A stretch of 64,000 bases of DNA from a bacterium. Its GTDB lineage: Bacteria; Desulfobacterota; DSWW01. Positions 37,082 through 46,069 of this stretch are shown one piece after another (positions within the stretch are counted from its first letter, which is position 1; each line of letters opens with the position of its first letter). The stretch is from the NCBI GenBank assembly GCA_040756235.1, contig JBFLZG010000084.1:32001-96000 (forward strand), read 5' to 3'. The notes under the pieces are model-generated. The model ran no database searches and was not told the DNA's origin. It saw nothing but the letters and a program-made list of their open reading frames with translations. The translations under genes and the position numbers were made by a program.

Positions 37082-38746
37082 TCATTTGCCGCGCTTGCGC
37101 GTCCCCTGGATCGCCTTGTAAGTGAGATAGCCCCCCGAGAGATTGCGTGCCGGGAATCCGTTCTGGAGCAGCGCGCGGGTCGCGTAATAGGATCGCTGCC
37201 CGACCCCGCAGTACGACCAGATCTGGCCGTGGGGTCTGAGCTCCTCCATGCGATCCCGAAGCTCGGGCAGAGGAATATTGATGGCCTTGTCCAAGTGGCC
37301 GGCCTCAAACTCCTTCGGGCTGCGCACGTCCACGACGACCGCATCCGAAGCGGGCAGGTCCTCCCAATGGGCCAGGACCGCGTCGCCCCGCATCACGTTG
37401 GCGGCGACCATCCCGGCTAGGTTGACGGGGTCCTTGGCGGCTCCGAACTGAGGGGCGTAGCACAGCTCTGCCTCTTCGAGATCGAAGACCGTGGCGCCCT
37501 TCTGGATCGCCATCGCGATCACGTCCACACGCTTATCCACGCCCTCGGTGCCCACCGCCTGCACGCCCAGGACGCGGCCGTCGCGCGGGTGGAACAGAAG
37601 CTTGATCGAGATCGGTCGAGCGCCGGGGTAGTAGCCCGCGTGGTGTCCGGGATGAAGGTAGATCTTCTCGTATTCGAGCCCGGCGCGGCGCAGGGCCTTT
37701 TCGCTTGCGCCCGACAGGGCGAGCGTCATGCCGAGGACCCCGCACACCGCGGTCCCCTGCACTCCCCGGAACACGGAAGGCCGGCCGAAGATCGCGTCCG
37801 CGGCGATCCGGCCCTGACGGTTGGCAGGCCCTGCCAGGGGGATGAGGCACCATTGGCCGGTGACGAAGTCCCTGACCTCCACGGCGTCGCCTACGGCCCA
37901 GATGGCGGGATCGCTGGTCCGCAGCTGCTCGTTCACGCGGATGCCGCCCGCTGCGCCGATCTCGAGACCGGCCGCGCGCGCCAGGGCGGTCTCGGGCCGG
38001 ATCCCCACGGCCAGCAGGACGAGATCGGCCTCGACCGAGACCCCGGAGCCGGCGTGTACCGATAGCGTTCCATCGGCACGGGCCTCGAAGGCCGTCACCG
38101 GGTGTTCGAGCAGGAGCCGGACGCCGCTGTTTCGCAGGTGCTCGTGCACCGGTTCGGCCATCTCGGGGTCCAGGGGCGGCATCACCTGGGGCAGCATCTC
38201 CACGATCGTGACCGAAAGGCCGCGCCGGACCAGGTTCTCGGCCATTTCCAGGCCGATGTAGCCGCCCCCCACGATGGCGGCGCGCCGGGCCTTCTTTTCT
38301 TCGATCCACCTCCTGATCGCGCGGCTGTCCGGGATCGTCCGGGTGACGAAGATGCCGGGGAGATCGATCCCCGGAAGGGGAGGCCGGATCGGGTACGCGC
38401 CCGGGGAGAGGACGAGCGCGTCATAAGGTTCCCGGTACAAGGTGCCGGTCCTGCGGTCCCGCACCTGAATCGTGCGGTCCGCCCGGTCGATCGCCGTGAC
38501 CTCGTGTCCGACCCTCACGTCGATGCGGAACCTCTCCCGGAACAGCTCCGGAGTGGCCACCAGCAGATTCTGCTCTTCCCGGATCACGTCGCCCACGTAG
38601 TAGGGGAGGCCGCAATTCGCGAAAGAGACGTAGGGGCCCTTTTCGAACAGCACGATCTCGGCATCTTCGGACAGCCGGCGGGCGCGGGCCGCGCAGGAAG
38701 CCCCTCCGGCCACACCGCCCACGAGCAGCAAACGTTTGGCACTCAT
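37082..38746 (-). CDS. CoA-disulfide/persulfide reductase with C-terminal rhodanese domain (CoADR-RHD)
   Basis: VGGVAGGAS, SFANCGLPY redox Cys, VGGGYIG, LCYAP, rhodanese YCGVGQRS. Confidence 0.92.
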   Translation of the reverse strand: MSAKRLLLVGGVAGGASCAARARRLSEDAEIVLFEKGPYVSFANCGLPYYVGDVIREEQNLLVATPELFRERFRIDVRVGHEVTAIDRADRTIQVRDRRTGTLYREPYDALVLSPGAYPIRPPLPGIDLPGIFVTRTIPDSRAIRRWIEEKKARRAAIVGGGYIGLEMAENLVRRGLSVTIVEMLPQVMPPLDPEMAEPVHEHLRNSGVRLLLEHPVTAFEARADGTLSVHAGSGVSVEADLVLLAVGIRPETALARAAGLEIGAAGGIRVNEQLRTSDPAIWAVGDAVEVRDFVTGQWCLIPLAGPANRQGRIAADAIFGRPSVFRGVQGTAVCGVLGMTLALSGASEKALRRAGLEYEKIYLHPGHHAGYYPGARPISIKLLFHPRDGRVLGVQAVGTEGVDKRVDVIAMAIQKGATVFDLEEAELCYAPQFGAAKDPVNLAGMVAANVMRGDAVLAHWEDLPASDAVVVDVRSPKEFEAGHLDKAINIPLPELRDRMEELRPHGQIWSYCGVGQRSYYATRALLQNGFPARNLSGGYLTYKAIQGTRKRGK

Positions 38747-38771
38747 GAATCCTCCGGTAGATGATGTCTCT

Positions 38772-39224
38772 TCAGCAGCAGGGTGCGAGCGGATCACCGG
38801 ACGCAACGTCGGCCTCCGCATCCGGGCAGGCGCGCTCGGGCTCGACCGTGCTGCCGCAGCTGCACGAGACGTCCGTGCGCCCCAGGGCGGCGGTGAGCAC
38901 GGCATTGGCACAGCCCACGCCGGTCCTCACGGAGATCGCACCGGCAGGGCAATTGCGGCTGCAGGCCCCGCACTCCATGCAGGCATCCCGGTCGGCCCGG
39001 GTCAGGACTGGGGAAATGACAGGTACTTTTTCGGCAGGCGTGTCGAGGAAGCCCTGCACGAAGGCCGGCGCCGTCCCGGATCGTCGCAAAGGCGGCGAGT
39101 TCCGCCCGGGCGGAGCACGGCAAGGGTCCGGCGCTTGGGGCGAGGGCGCCGCACAGGAGCAGCACGGCTGCGTTCCGGCCGCCTTCTCCGGCTCGCCCGG
39201 ACTTGACCTTCGCGGTTCGCTCAT
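38772..39224 (-). pseudogene. Probable hgcA'-'hgcB in-frame deletion fusion (remnant of mercury-methylation genes); single 4Fe-4S motif
   Basis: C-terminal half DRDACMECGACSRNCPAGAISVRTGVGCA...SCSC...CC resembles HgcB; N-terminal half PCCSC...FVQGFLDTPAEKVPVISPVLTRADR resembles the HgcA N-terminal extension. Recognised from memory of these families. Confidence 0.65.
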
Positions 39225-39406
39225 GCGGGCCTCGGTCCCATCTGGCAGGGGGATCACAGGGGTAAGGGAATCGTTTCCTTATTGTACGCTTTTCTTGGGC
39301 CTCGTCGACCCGAAGCCTGACGCTCACGGCCCCTTTTCCGCAGCGCGCGCCCGGGGCTATAGTTGAAGTTGTCCCGGAAAGCGCATCTGGCACGGAGGAG
39401 GCGAGG

Positions 39407-40135
39407 ATGAACCGGAAAGTGATTCTCTCCTGGAGCGGCGGCAAGGACAGCGCCCTTTGTCTGCACGCGATCCGGCAGGCAGGTCGGTACGAGGTCGCGG
39501 CCCTGCTCACCACGGTCACCGAGGGCTACCAGCGGGTCAGCATGCACGGCGTCCGGGAGGAGCTTCTCGAGGACCAGGCGGCGAGCCTGGGCGTTCCCCT
39601 GGACAAGGTGCCGATCCCCATGAACGGCTCGAACGAGGAATACGAAGGCCGGATGAAGACGGTCCTCGAGAAGTGGCTGGCTGCCGGAGTCGCGCGCGTG
39701 GCTTTCGGCGACATTTTTCTCGAAGACCTGAGGAAGTACCGGGAGGACAACCTCGCGAAGCTCTCGATGCAGGCGCACTTCCCTTTGTGGAAAAAGGACA
39801 CGGCGGAGCTGGCGCGGCAGTTCATCCGCCTCGGCTTCCGGGCGGTTGTGACGTGCGTGGACTGCCGGGCTCTGGACAGGAGTTTCGCCGGAAGGGAAAT
39901 CGACGAAAGATTTCTGGCCGACTTGCCCGCCGGCGCGGATCCGTGCGGCGAGAACGGCGAGTTCCACTCCTTCGTATGGGACGGCCCGCTCTTTCGCAGG
40001 CCGGTCCGCCTGGAGCGCGGGCAGGCGGTCCTCAGGGACGAACGCTTTTGCTTCTGCGACCTCCTGCCCGCCGGAGAACCGGCGGTCGATTTCTCCATTA
40101 CCGGCACGGCCGGACGGGAGCGGGGCGGAGCCTGA
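39407..40135 (+). CDS. Diphthine-ammonia ligase-like (Dph6/MJ0570 family) ATP pyrophosphatase
   Basis: SWSGGKDS PP-loop, FGDIFL, DPCGENGEFH. Confidence 0.9.
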   Translation: MNRKVILSWSGGKDSALCLHAIRQAGRYEVAALLTTVTEGYQRVSMHGVREELLEDQAASLGVPLDKVPIPMNGSNEEYEGRMKTVLEKWLAAGVARVAFGDIFLEDLRKYREDNLAKLSMQAHFPLWKKDTAELARQFIRLGFRAVVTCVDCRALDRSFAGREIDERFLADLPAGADPCGENGEFHSFVWDGPLFRRPVRLERGQAVLRDERFCFCDLLPAGEPAVDFSITGTAGRERGGA

Positions 40136-40176
40136 GCCCGACGACTGATCCCCTCAACTTCAAACTTTCATTCGAT

Positions 40177-40632
40177 TCAGAACCTGACGGCTTGTCGCTC
40201 AAAGCCCGCGGTCTCGGGCTTGAGCCGGATTCCTTTTTTGCGCAGGATGCGCCAGACCTGGTCTTTGGAGACGTCTCCCAGCATGCGGGCCATCAGTCGG
40301 CCGTTCCAGCGCGGGTGGCCTCTCGGAGGAGGCTGCACGAGCAGATAGAGGACACGGTCGTCCGTGCTGTCGTCATAGGAAGGGGGCTTGCCGGAGCGCG
40401 GGGCGTCCGACAGACCCCTCAGGCCGGATCGGCCGAAACGAGAATGCCACTTGCTGACAGTGGCCGCTCGAATGCCGAGCAGCTTGGCCACCTCGGATGA
40501 GCGGTTCCCTGCCGCCAGGGCCAGGATGATCCTGGACCGAAGGGCTCTCCGATCATCCGGCCTCGGGCTCTTGGTCCAGGTTTCCAGGATCTTGCGTTCA
40601 GCGGCGTTCAATCGGATCGGTGCGCTCCTCAT
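40177..40632 (-). mobile_element. IS630-family transposase N-terminal HTH region only, no DDE domain
   Basis: LRSRIILALAAG...TVSKW..RF...GL.DAPRSGKP...RWNGRLMA...VWRILRK, then a stop. Confidence 0.75.
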
Positions 40633-40739
40633 GGCCAACCCCTGCGTGTTCCAGCTCTTCGTGTTCCGGCAGGTAAACCCTGCAATCCCTGCCAGCCTCG
40701 CGCCAGCACGGCCTGGACGGATCCCCGCTGCCGCCGCGC

Positions 40740-42140
40740 TCAGAATCTGAAGATCATCCGCATCGCGTACTGATCCTCGTCGTTGACACGATTCGAGCCT
40801 GCCTCATTGGTGCTGCTGCCTGTGGCGATGCCCCCGCCGTTGCCGTTCAGGTGGACATAGTTGATCTGCCAGCGCAGCACGGAGTTCCAGGTCCAGTTCA
40901 CGGCGAAGGTGTACTCATAGACGTCGTCGGCGCCATTGAGGATCCGGTAGGTCCTGCCTTCGAAGTCCGCGGTGCGGAACAGGTCGTCATCGGTCTTGGT
41001 GTGGGTGTAACGGGCCAGGACTTCCCAGGCACCCAGGCCTTTCAGGTGGATGGGGTCGAAGTTGTTCTTCGGGTTGGGCTGGCGCCAGCCGTCGTTGCTC
41101 ACTTGCTTGCTCTCGCCCGTGAGGAAGAAGCCCACCCAGGCGGTCCAGGAGCGGATCTTGCCGTAATCGTCGATGATCAGCGTCCCGTCCCTCTGGTCGA
41201 AGACCTCGATGTCCGGGTACTCGGTAACCAGATACTCCGTGCTCGCGCTGAAGGGCCCCCAGATGTAATGGAGCTCGGCGCCCCAGCGGTGACGGGCCTG
41301 GATCTGCCCGTACCCCGGATTGTTGGTGTCCCACGTCCAGTATCGGTCGTCGTAGATGGCGGCCCTGTAAGCACTGGTCTCGAAGCGGGTCGTGGCGACG
41401 GTCTCCCGTCCGTAGGTCCCTTCGATGCACAGGTGAAGGTTCCGGACAAAGGGAACATCCTTGGCCGTGATGAACGGGCTCACAAACAGTTTTCCGATGA
41501 AGTCTTTGTGATCGTCGATATCCCCCCTGGGGCTGTCCAGCTCGATCCCTGCGCCGGTCCAGACCGAGAGGTTGTAGGTAACGGATCTGCCGAAGAAGCT
41601 TCCCAGAAGCCAGAAGCCGCGGTCCAGGAACGGATAGACCGGCGTGCCGGCACCGCGCTCCATGAAGTTGACGTTGTTGTCCTGGGTCCACCAGTCCGTG
41701 CTGAAGGGCGGCTTCACCTGGCCGGCCCTGAGCTGCAGCCACTCGCGGAAATTCATTTCAACGTAGGCGTTGCGGATGTAGGGGTTGTCGGCAAGCTCGG
41801 GTTGAAGACGAAAAGAGATGAACCCGAACAGATCGCCCTGGAGGTCGAGGCGCGCCTGGCGGATGTCGAAAGTCGAAGGACTCTTGCTGTTGCTGCCATA
41901 GAAGCGCGAGTCCAGGTGGGTGTTGCCCTTGATCTTGAGCACGAACTCCTCGTCGGCCGTCGAGATCACGAACCCGTTCTTGTAATAGGGAACGAGAGGG
42001 ATGGCCTTGTACTTGTCGAGCAGATCCGCTGCCGTCGGCTTTGGCGCCTCTGCTGCCTGATTCTCCTCGGCCACGGCCTGCACTCCAAGGGGAGTGCAGA
42101 GAAGGACCGCCGCCAGACCTGCCAAGAACCGCTTGCGCAT
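40740..42140 (-). CDS. Outer-membrane porin, phosphate-selective OprO/OprP-like
   Basis: Signal peptide, FDIRQARL, AGQVKPPFS, GAWEVLARY, AVNWTWN, C-terminal Phe. Confidence 0.8.
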   Translation of the reverse strand: MRKRFLAGLAAVLLCTPLGVQAVAEENQAAEAPKPTAADLLDKYKAIPLVPYYKNGFVISTADEEFVLKIKGNTHLDSRFYGSNSKSPSTFDIRQARLDLQGDLFGFISFRLQPELADNPYIRNAYVEMNFREWLQLRAGQVKPPFSTDWWTQDNNVNFMERGAGTPVYPFLDRGFWLLGSFFGRSVTYNLSVWTGAGIELDSPRGDIDDHKDFIGKLFVSPFITAKDVPFVRNLHLCIEGTYGRETVATTRFETSAYRAAIYDDRYWTWDTNNPGYGQIQARHRWGAELHYIWGPFSASTEYLVTEYPDIEVFDQRDGTLIIDDYGKIRSWTAWVGFFLTGESKQVSNDGWRQPNPKNNFDPIHLKGLGAWEVLARYTHTKTDDDLFRTADFEGRTYRILNGADDVYEYTFAVNWTWNSVLRWQINYVHLNGNGGGIATGSSTNEAGSNRVNDEDQYAMRMIFRF

Positions 42141-42213
42141 CAGCCACCCCCCTCTGTCTCGAGTCGACGTGTGTCGCGGGAAACGGAGCCCCCCGCAGAT
42201 CTGCTCCACGCTC

Positions 42214-42229
42214 AGCAAGGCTCATGCCA
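42214..42229 (-). promoter_or_regulatory. Sigma-54 -24/-12 promoter (porin gene)
   Basis: Minus strand TGGCAT-GAGCC-TTGCT. Confidence 0.7.
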
Positions 42230-42332
42230 GTATCGGAACGGCCGCAGGATCCCGGAGCAGTCCGTTAAGTTGCTGAAATGGCGATGGCCTCCGAGGATCC
42301 GGGCAGCCGCGCGGCCGCGGCGGCGTCGAAGG

Positions 42333-42360
42333 CCTGTCGATAATTTTTACAACTGTAAAG
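42333..42360 (-). promoter_or_regulatory. Candidate enhancer (UAS) motif copy 1
   Basis: Minus strand CTTTACAGTTGTAAAAATTATCGACAGG, about 104 bp upstream of the sigma-54 site. Confidence 0.6.
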
Positions 42361-42557
42361 CGGTGCGATGATTCTCGTGCTTCGGAACCTCCCCGAAGAC
42401 GGCGGCCTGGACCGCGCGGGAGGGAAAAAACCCCAACCTGGCGCTGACTTCCCTCCCGGCTTCCGGCCGAGAATCCCCGTGCCCCATCCTTCAGGCATGC
42501 GCGCGCGGTCAGCTGCGGGCGTGGCTCGGACTTCTGCAAGATGCTGCGCGCCGGCCT

Positions 42558-42586
42558 CTTTACAGACTGGAAAGAAAATCGACAGG
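42558..42586 (+). promoter_or_regulatory. Candidate enhancer (UAS) motif copy 2
   Basis: CTTTACAGACTGGAAAGAAAATCGACAGG, about 107 bp upstream of the sigma-54 site at 42693. Confidence 0.6.
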
Positions 42587-42692
42587 CTTCCCCGCGCTCG
42601 GGTCTTGCCAAGGCGCTCGCTCCGGCTGGATTGCTCCTGTTTATCAGCGAGTTGCAGCGCCGCGGGCGCAGGGCGGATCGTTTCTGCGGCAT

Positions 42693-42708
42693 TGGTACAA
42701 CTCTTGCC
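42693..42708 (+). promoter_or_regulatory. Sigma-54 -24/-12 promoter (TauE operon)
   Basis: TGGTAC-AACTC-TTGCC. Confidence 0.6.
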
Positions 42709-42866
42709 TTGGGGAACGACAAATCAGGAGTTTAAGGAAAGGAGGTGAGTGAGCTGATGGCAGAGAAGGAGGGGGGAGCGAGGATGAGATCGCGGCGGAA
42801 TCGAGGCCCAGGGCCGTCGGGGCGAGGGGCCCGTGTTCGAGCGGAACCATTTGACGGAAGGGGGTG

Positions 42867-43433
42867 ATGCCCTTGGCAGAGACGACATCCAAATTGCGGG
42901 CTGCGGTCAAGTTCGGTTTCTGGGCGCTGCTTTCGGCGGCGATGATCCTGTACGTGGCGCAGTACTACGCATCCGGGAAGATGGCTGCCTCTTACTACCA
43001 CACGGCATCTCAGGACGGCTACGCGATCAATACCAACACCTTCGGAGAGGCGACGAAGGAGCACCCCGTCACGCTCACGACCGGTACCTTCGAGAAGATC
43101 GAGGGGCCGGTGGCCGTTCCGGTGAAGCAGGGAGAGCGTCTGCCCGCGAACGCGAACGGGATCATCACCAGCGAGGTTCTCGAGAAAGGGAACCGGGCCG
43201 TTCTCGAAGCGGACGGCATCAAGGTGACGGTGCCCTGGGAGATCAAGGAGTCCAAGGGGTTCAAGTACAAGGACACCTTCAAGCACAAGGGAATCAAGAC
43301 CGACCCGTGGTCCGGTGCCTGGAACGTGGCGGTCGTGATCGGGCTGGGGCTGGTCTTGGGGTTCATGGCCGAAGGCTTTACCGATCTGCTCGGCTGGAAG
43401 CTCCACAAGCTCCGTCACTTCGAAGGTCACTGA
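42867..43433 (+). CDS. Membrane protein (two TM helices flanking a soluble domain)
   Basis: Hydrophobic FWALLSAAMILYVA and VAVVIGLGLVLGFMA segments. Confidence 0.75.
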   Translation: MPLAETTSKLRAAVKFGFWALLSAAMILYVAQYYASGKMAASYYHTASQDGYAINTNTFGEATKEHPVTLTTGTFEKIEGPVAVPVKQGERLPANANGIITSEVLEKGNRAVLEADGIKVTVPWEIKESKGFKYKDTFKHKGIKTDPWSGAWNVAVVIGLGLVLGFMAEGFTDLLGWKLHKLRHFEGH

Positions 43434-43464
43434 GAGGAAGCCTGTGGATACAGGCTCCGATGAT

Positions 43465-43534
43465 GCAGGCTGGTCAAGACTGGCCAGATGCAAGGCAGGC
43501 GAAGTCCTGAGGAGTGAGGCTTTCAACAGTCTGC
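43465..43534 (+). mobile_element. MITE-like repeat, copy 5 (internally deleted)
   Basis: GCAGGCTGGTCAAGACTGGCCAGATGCAAGGC...GAGGAGTGAGGC joined directly to TTTCAACAGTCTGC. Confidence 0.65.
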
Positions 43535-43547
43535 CCAGGAGGCGGCC

Positions 43548-44618
43548 ATGTTCGATTTCGTGATCGCGGGGATTCAGGCCCCTATTTTCCTGCTGGTCCT
43601 GACCGGATTCACGGTCGGGATCGTGGGCGGCTTCATCGGCGTGGGCGGAGGCTACATGGTGACTCCGGCCCTCATCGTTTTCGGCTTTCCCGGCTATATG
43701 GCCTCAGGGATCGATGCGACCCACATCGCCGGCAAGGCCGTGATTTCCTCCATCCGCCACCGGCAGCTCGGCAACATCGACTGGACCCTGGCCCTGACCA
43801 TGGTGGGCGGCACCATGCTGGGGGTGGAGCTGGGTGTGAGGCTCCTCAACTATACCAAGAAGCTGGGGATCGCCGGGGTCGTTCTGCTGTCTTGCTCGGT
43901 CGTGGTCATGTTCGCTCTCTTCCTGTACACCCAGCTCGAGACCCGCAGGGCGCACAGGAAGATCGAACAAGTACAAGGCGCGGGACAGGCCGTCGGCCGC
44001 GAGCTCAAGACCAGCAGCCTCCATCACTTCTTTCAAAAGATCCCGCTCTTCCCCATCGTGCGGTGCCGGACGGCCAGAGTGATCGTCTCCATGTGGGTCG
44101 TCGTGATCGTGGGGGTGGTCACCGGCCTGCTGGCAGGTTTTCTCGGGGTCGGAGGCGGGTTCATCCGCGTGCCTTCCCTGGTCTACCTGGTCGGCGCCAC
44201 CACGCACATCTCGGTCGGAACCGATCTGGTCGAGATCGTGGTGTCGGGCGGCTACGGAGCGCTGCGCCAGTCCATGTCCGGCAACGTGGACATGATGGCC
44301 GTGCTCTTCATGATCGTCGGCGCGATGATCGGCGCCCAGTTCGGCAGCATCGCCACGGCGTATGTCCGCGGGCCCGCGATCCGATACATCCTGAGCTACT
44401 CCCTCATCCTGGCCACGACCGGCGCCTGCCTCCGGCTCCTCTATGTCCTGAGCGGCCAGAAGTACGCCGTCCTGTCCTTCCTGGCCGTGGTCTTCACCCT
44501 GGGGGAGATGATCTTCCTCTGCATGTTCATCGTGTCGCTCGTGCTCTTCTCCATACGCCACCGGCACGGGAAGCGGGTACCGGCTTGGGTGCCTTCTCTC
44601 GTGGTCGCTGCGGAATGA
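43548..44618 (+). CDS. Sulfite exporter TauE/SafE family transporter
   Basis: GGFIGVGGGYMVTP and GFLGVGGGFIRVP duplicated motifs, VGTDL, GAQFG; multiple TM helices. Confidence 0.9.
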   Translation: MFDFVIAGIQAPIFLLVLTGFTVGIVGGFIGVGGGYMVTPALIVFGFPGYMASGIDATHIAGKAVISSIRHRQLGNIDWTLALTMVGGTMLGVELGVRLLNYTKKLGIAGVVLLSCSVVVMFALFLYTQLETRRAHRKIEQVQGAGQAVGRELKTSSLHHFFQKIPLFPIVRCRTARVIVSMWVVVIVGVVTGLLAGFLGVGGGFIRVPSLVYLVGATTHISVGTDLVEIVVSGGYGALRQSMSGNVDMMAVLFMIVGAMIGAQFGSIATAYVRGPAIRYILSYSLILATTGACLRLLYVLSGQKYAVLSFLAVVFTLGEMIFLCMFIVSLVLFSIRHRHGKRVPAWVPSLVVAAE

Positions 44619-44629
44619 GGAGTCCTGAA

Positions 44630-44740
44630 ATGAAGTGGTTCATCGATTCGATGCTGGGCTACTGGATCCTTCTCCTGGCGGTGTCCCTCGGCGTGTCCGC
44701 GGGAATCTACATGCTTTGGCTGAAGGACGCCATCTACTAA
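44630..44740 (+). CDS. 36-aa single-TM membrane protein
   Basis: GAGGAG RBS; MKWFIDSMLGYWILLLAVSLGVSAGIYMLWLKDAIY; fills the gap between co-oriented genes. Confidence 0.65.
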   Translation: MKWFIDSMLGYWILLLAVSLGVSAGIYMLWLKDAIY

Positions 44741-44753
44741 TCGGGGTGACTCC

Positions 44754-44960
44754 ATGACCACCAAGCTCTGGCAGATACTGGCCAACGTCGTGCTGTACGG
44801 GTTTCTCTTCTGGCTGCTCTACGGGTCTACCATCAAGGAGTGGGACCCCTGGTTTGCCTTCGTCGTGGCCTTCGTGGTCCTGGTCGCCGTGGTCATCATG
44901 CTCATGCCCGGCCTCCACGCCAGCAAGGTGTCGCCGGGCGAATACCCGTATGAAGACTGA
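44754..44960 (+). CDS. 68-aa two-TM membrane protein
   Basis: Two hydrophobic helices; GGGG RBS; overlaps the next start codon. Confidence 0.7.
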   Translation: MTTKLWQILANVVLYGFLFWLLYGSTIKEWDPWFAFVVAFVVLVAVVIMLMPGLHASKVSPGEYPYED

Positions 44961-45606
44961 CGATCCGGACCTGGACGCGCGGAGGGAAGAGATCCGCCAG
45001 CTCATCCTCAAGCACGCCCGGGGGGACGTTCGCGACAAGGAGTTCCAGCCGGCTCTCGCGGAACGCACGGTAGCCCTCTACCGTGCGTTCGTGCAGCGGC
45101 TCCTTGCAGAGCCTGAGCCGATCCTGGCAGAGCACCACGTGGTCTTCTCTCACACGCGGCTCACCCAGTCGATGCTCCGGGAGCCCGAGCAGGAAGCCGT
45201 GAGCCTCTTCGCCACGGACCGCAGGCTGCTGCGGCTCCGCTCCGTGCTCGTGGGCGACAGGCCGCCTACCTGCGACGAAGCCGACCAGACGCAGGTTGAC
45301 GAGATAGCCTATGGGGACATCGGCTCACTGAAGGTGACAAGGCGGATCCGCCCCGGCGAGACCGGCGCGGGCCTTGTGCTGGCATCCGTGGCGGCCCTTT
45401 TTCACTCCTGGCTCTCCCTGACCGGGCCGCTGCTCGTGCTGATCGGCACGCTGGGAATCCTGCACGGCCTGCTCCTGCCGACCCGGTGGGTGGAGATCCG
45501 GGCGAGAGGGGAAAGCTCGGCCGAGCCGATCCGGGTCCACAGGCCGAGAAAGAAGAGCGCCCGCAGGCTCCTCAATCTGCTGCGCGAACAGACGGGTGCG
45601 GCCTGA
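44950..45606 (+). CDS. Hypothetical membrane protein
   Basis: ATG 44950 (MKTDDPD); C-terminal hydrophobic hairpin. Confidence 0.65.
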   Translation: MKTDDPDLDARREEIRQLILKHARGDVRDKEFQPALAERTVALYRAFVQRLLAEPEPILAEHHVVFSHTRLTQSMLREPEQEAVSLFATDRRLLRLRSVLVGDRPPTCDEADQTQVDEIAYGDIGSLKVTRRIRPGETGAGLVLASVAALFHSWLSLTGPLLVLIGTLGILHGLLLPTRWVEIRARGESSAEPIRVHRPRKKSARRLLNLLREQTGAA

Positions 45607-46069
45607 GCAGGCTCGCAGCTGGGGATCTTCCCGGCTCGAGGCGCTTTTGAGAGAAACACCCGGGATCGCCTTCCGCCGGGCGCGTGTCCCGGCTGGATTT
45701 GCCGGGGCTCAGAACGCTCCGGCCTCTTCTCCTCCCATGTTTCGGAGACAACCGCCCTTCGGGCCGGTCCCCATTTCGTCCCTTGTCCCGGGCCGGGGTT
45801 ATCGGGGCGCACGAGCCTCGACGGCGCGGTATCAAAGCAACAAATCTCCGTTCCACCGGCCTTCGGGACTCGGGACGGGCCTCCGCGACTCGCCCCGCAA
45901 ATCGCCGGAACACCCATCCCGGCGGAATCCTCCCGTTCGGCACGGCACCTTCAAGGGCACACGGATTTACTGGCCGCGAGGGGCAAATTGCTGCAATGAA
46001 CGACCGGCTGACACCGAATAGCCAACAGCTGACACCTGGGTTACAATGCCGGCGGAGGCCGAAGTAGGC

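Noticed and set aside
38772..39257. Intact hgcB / functional mercury methylation
   Set aside because: Only one 4Fe-4S motif is present and no hgcA cap-helix motif or TM domain lies upstream; the neighbouring gene is a divergent ATP pyrophosphatase.
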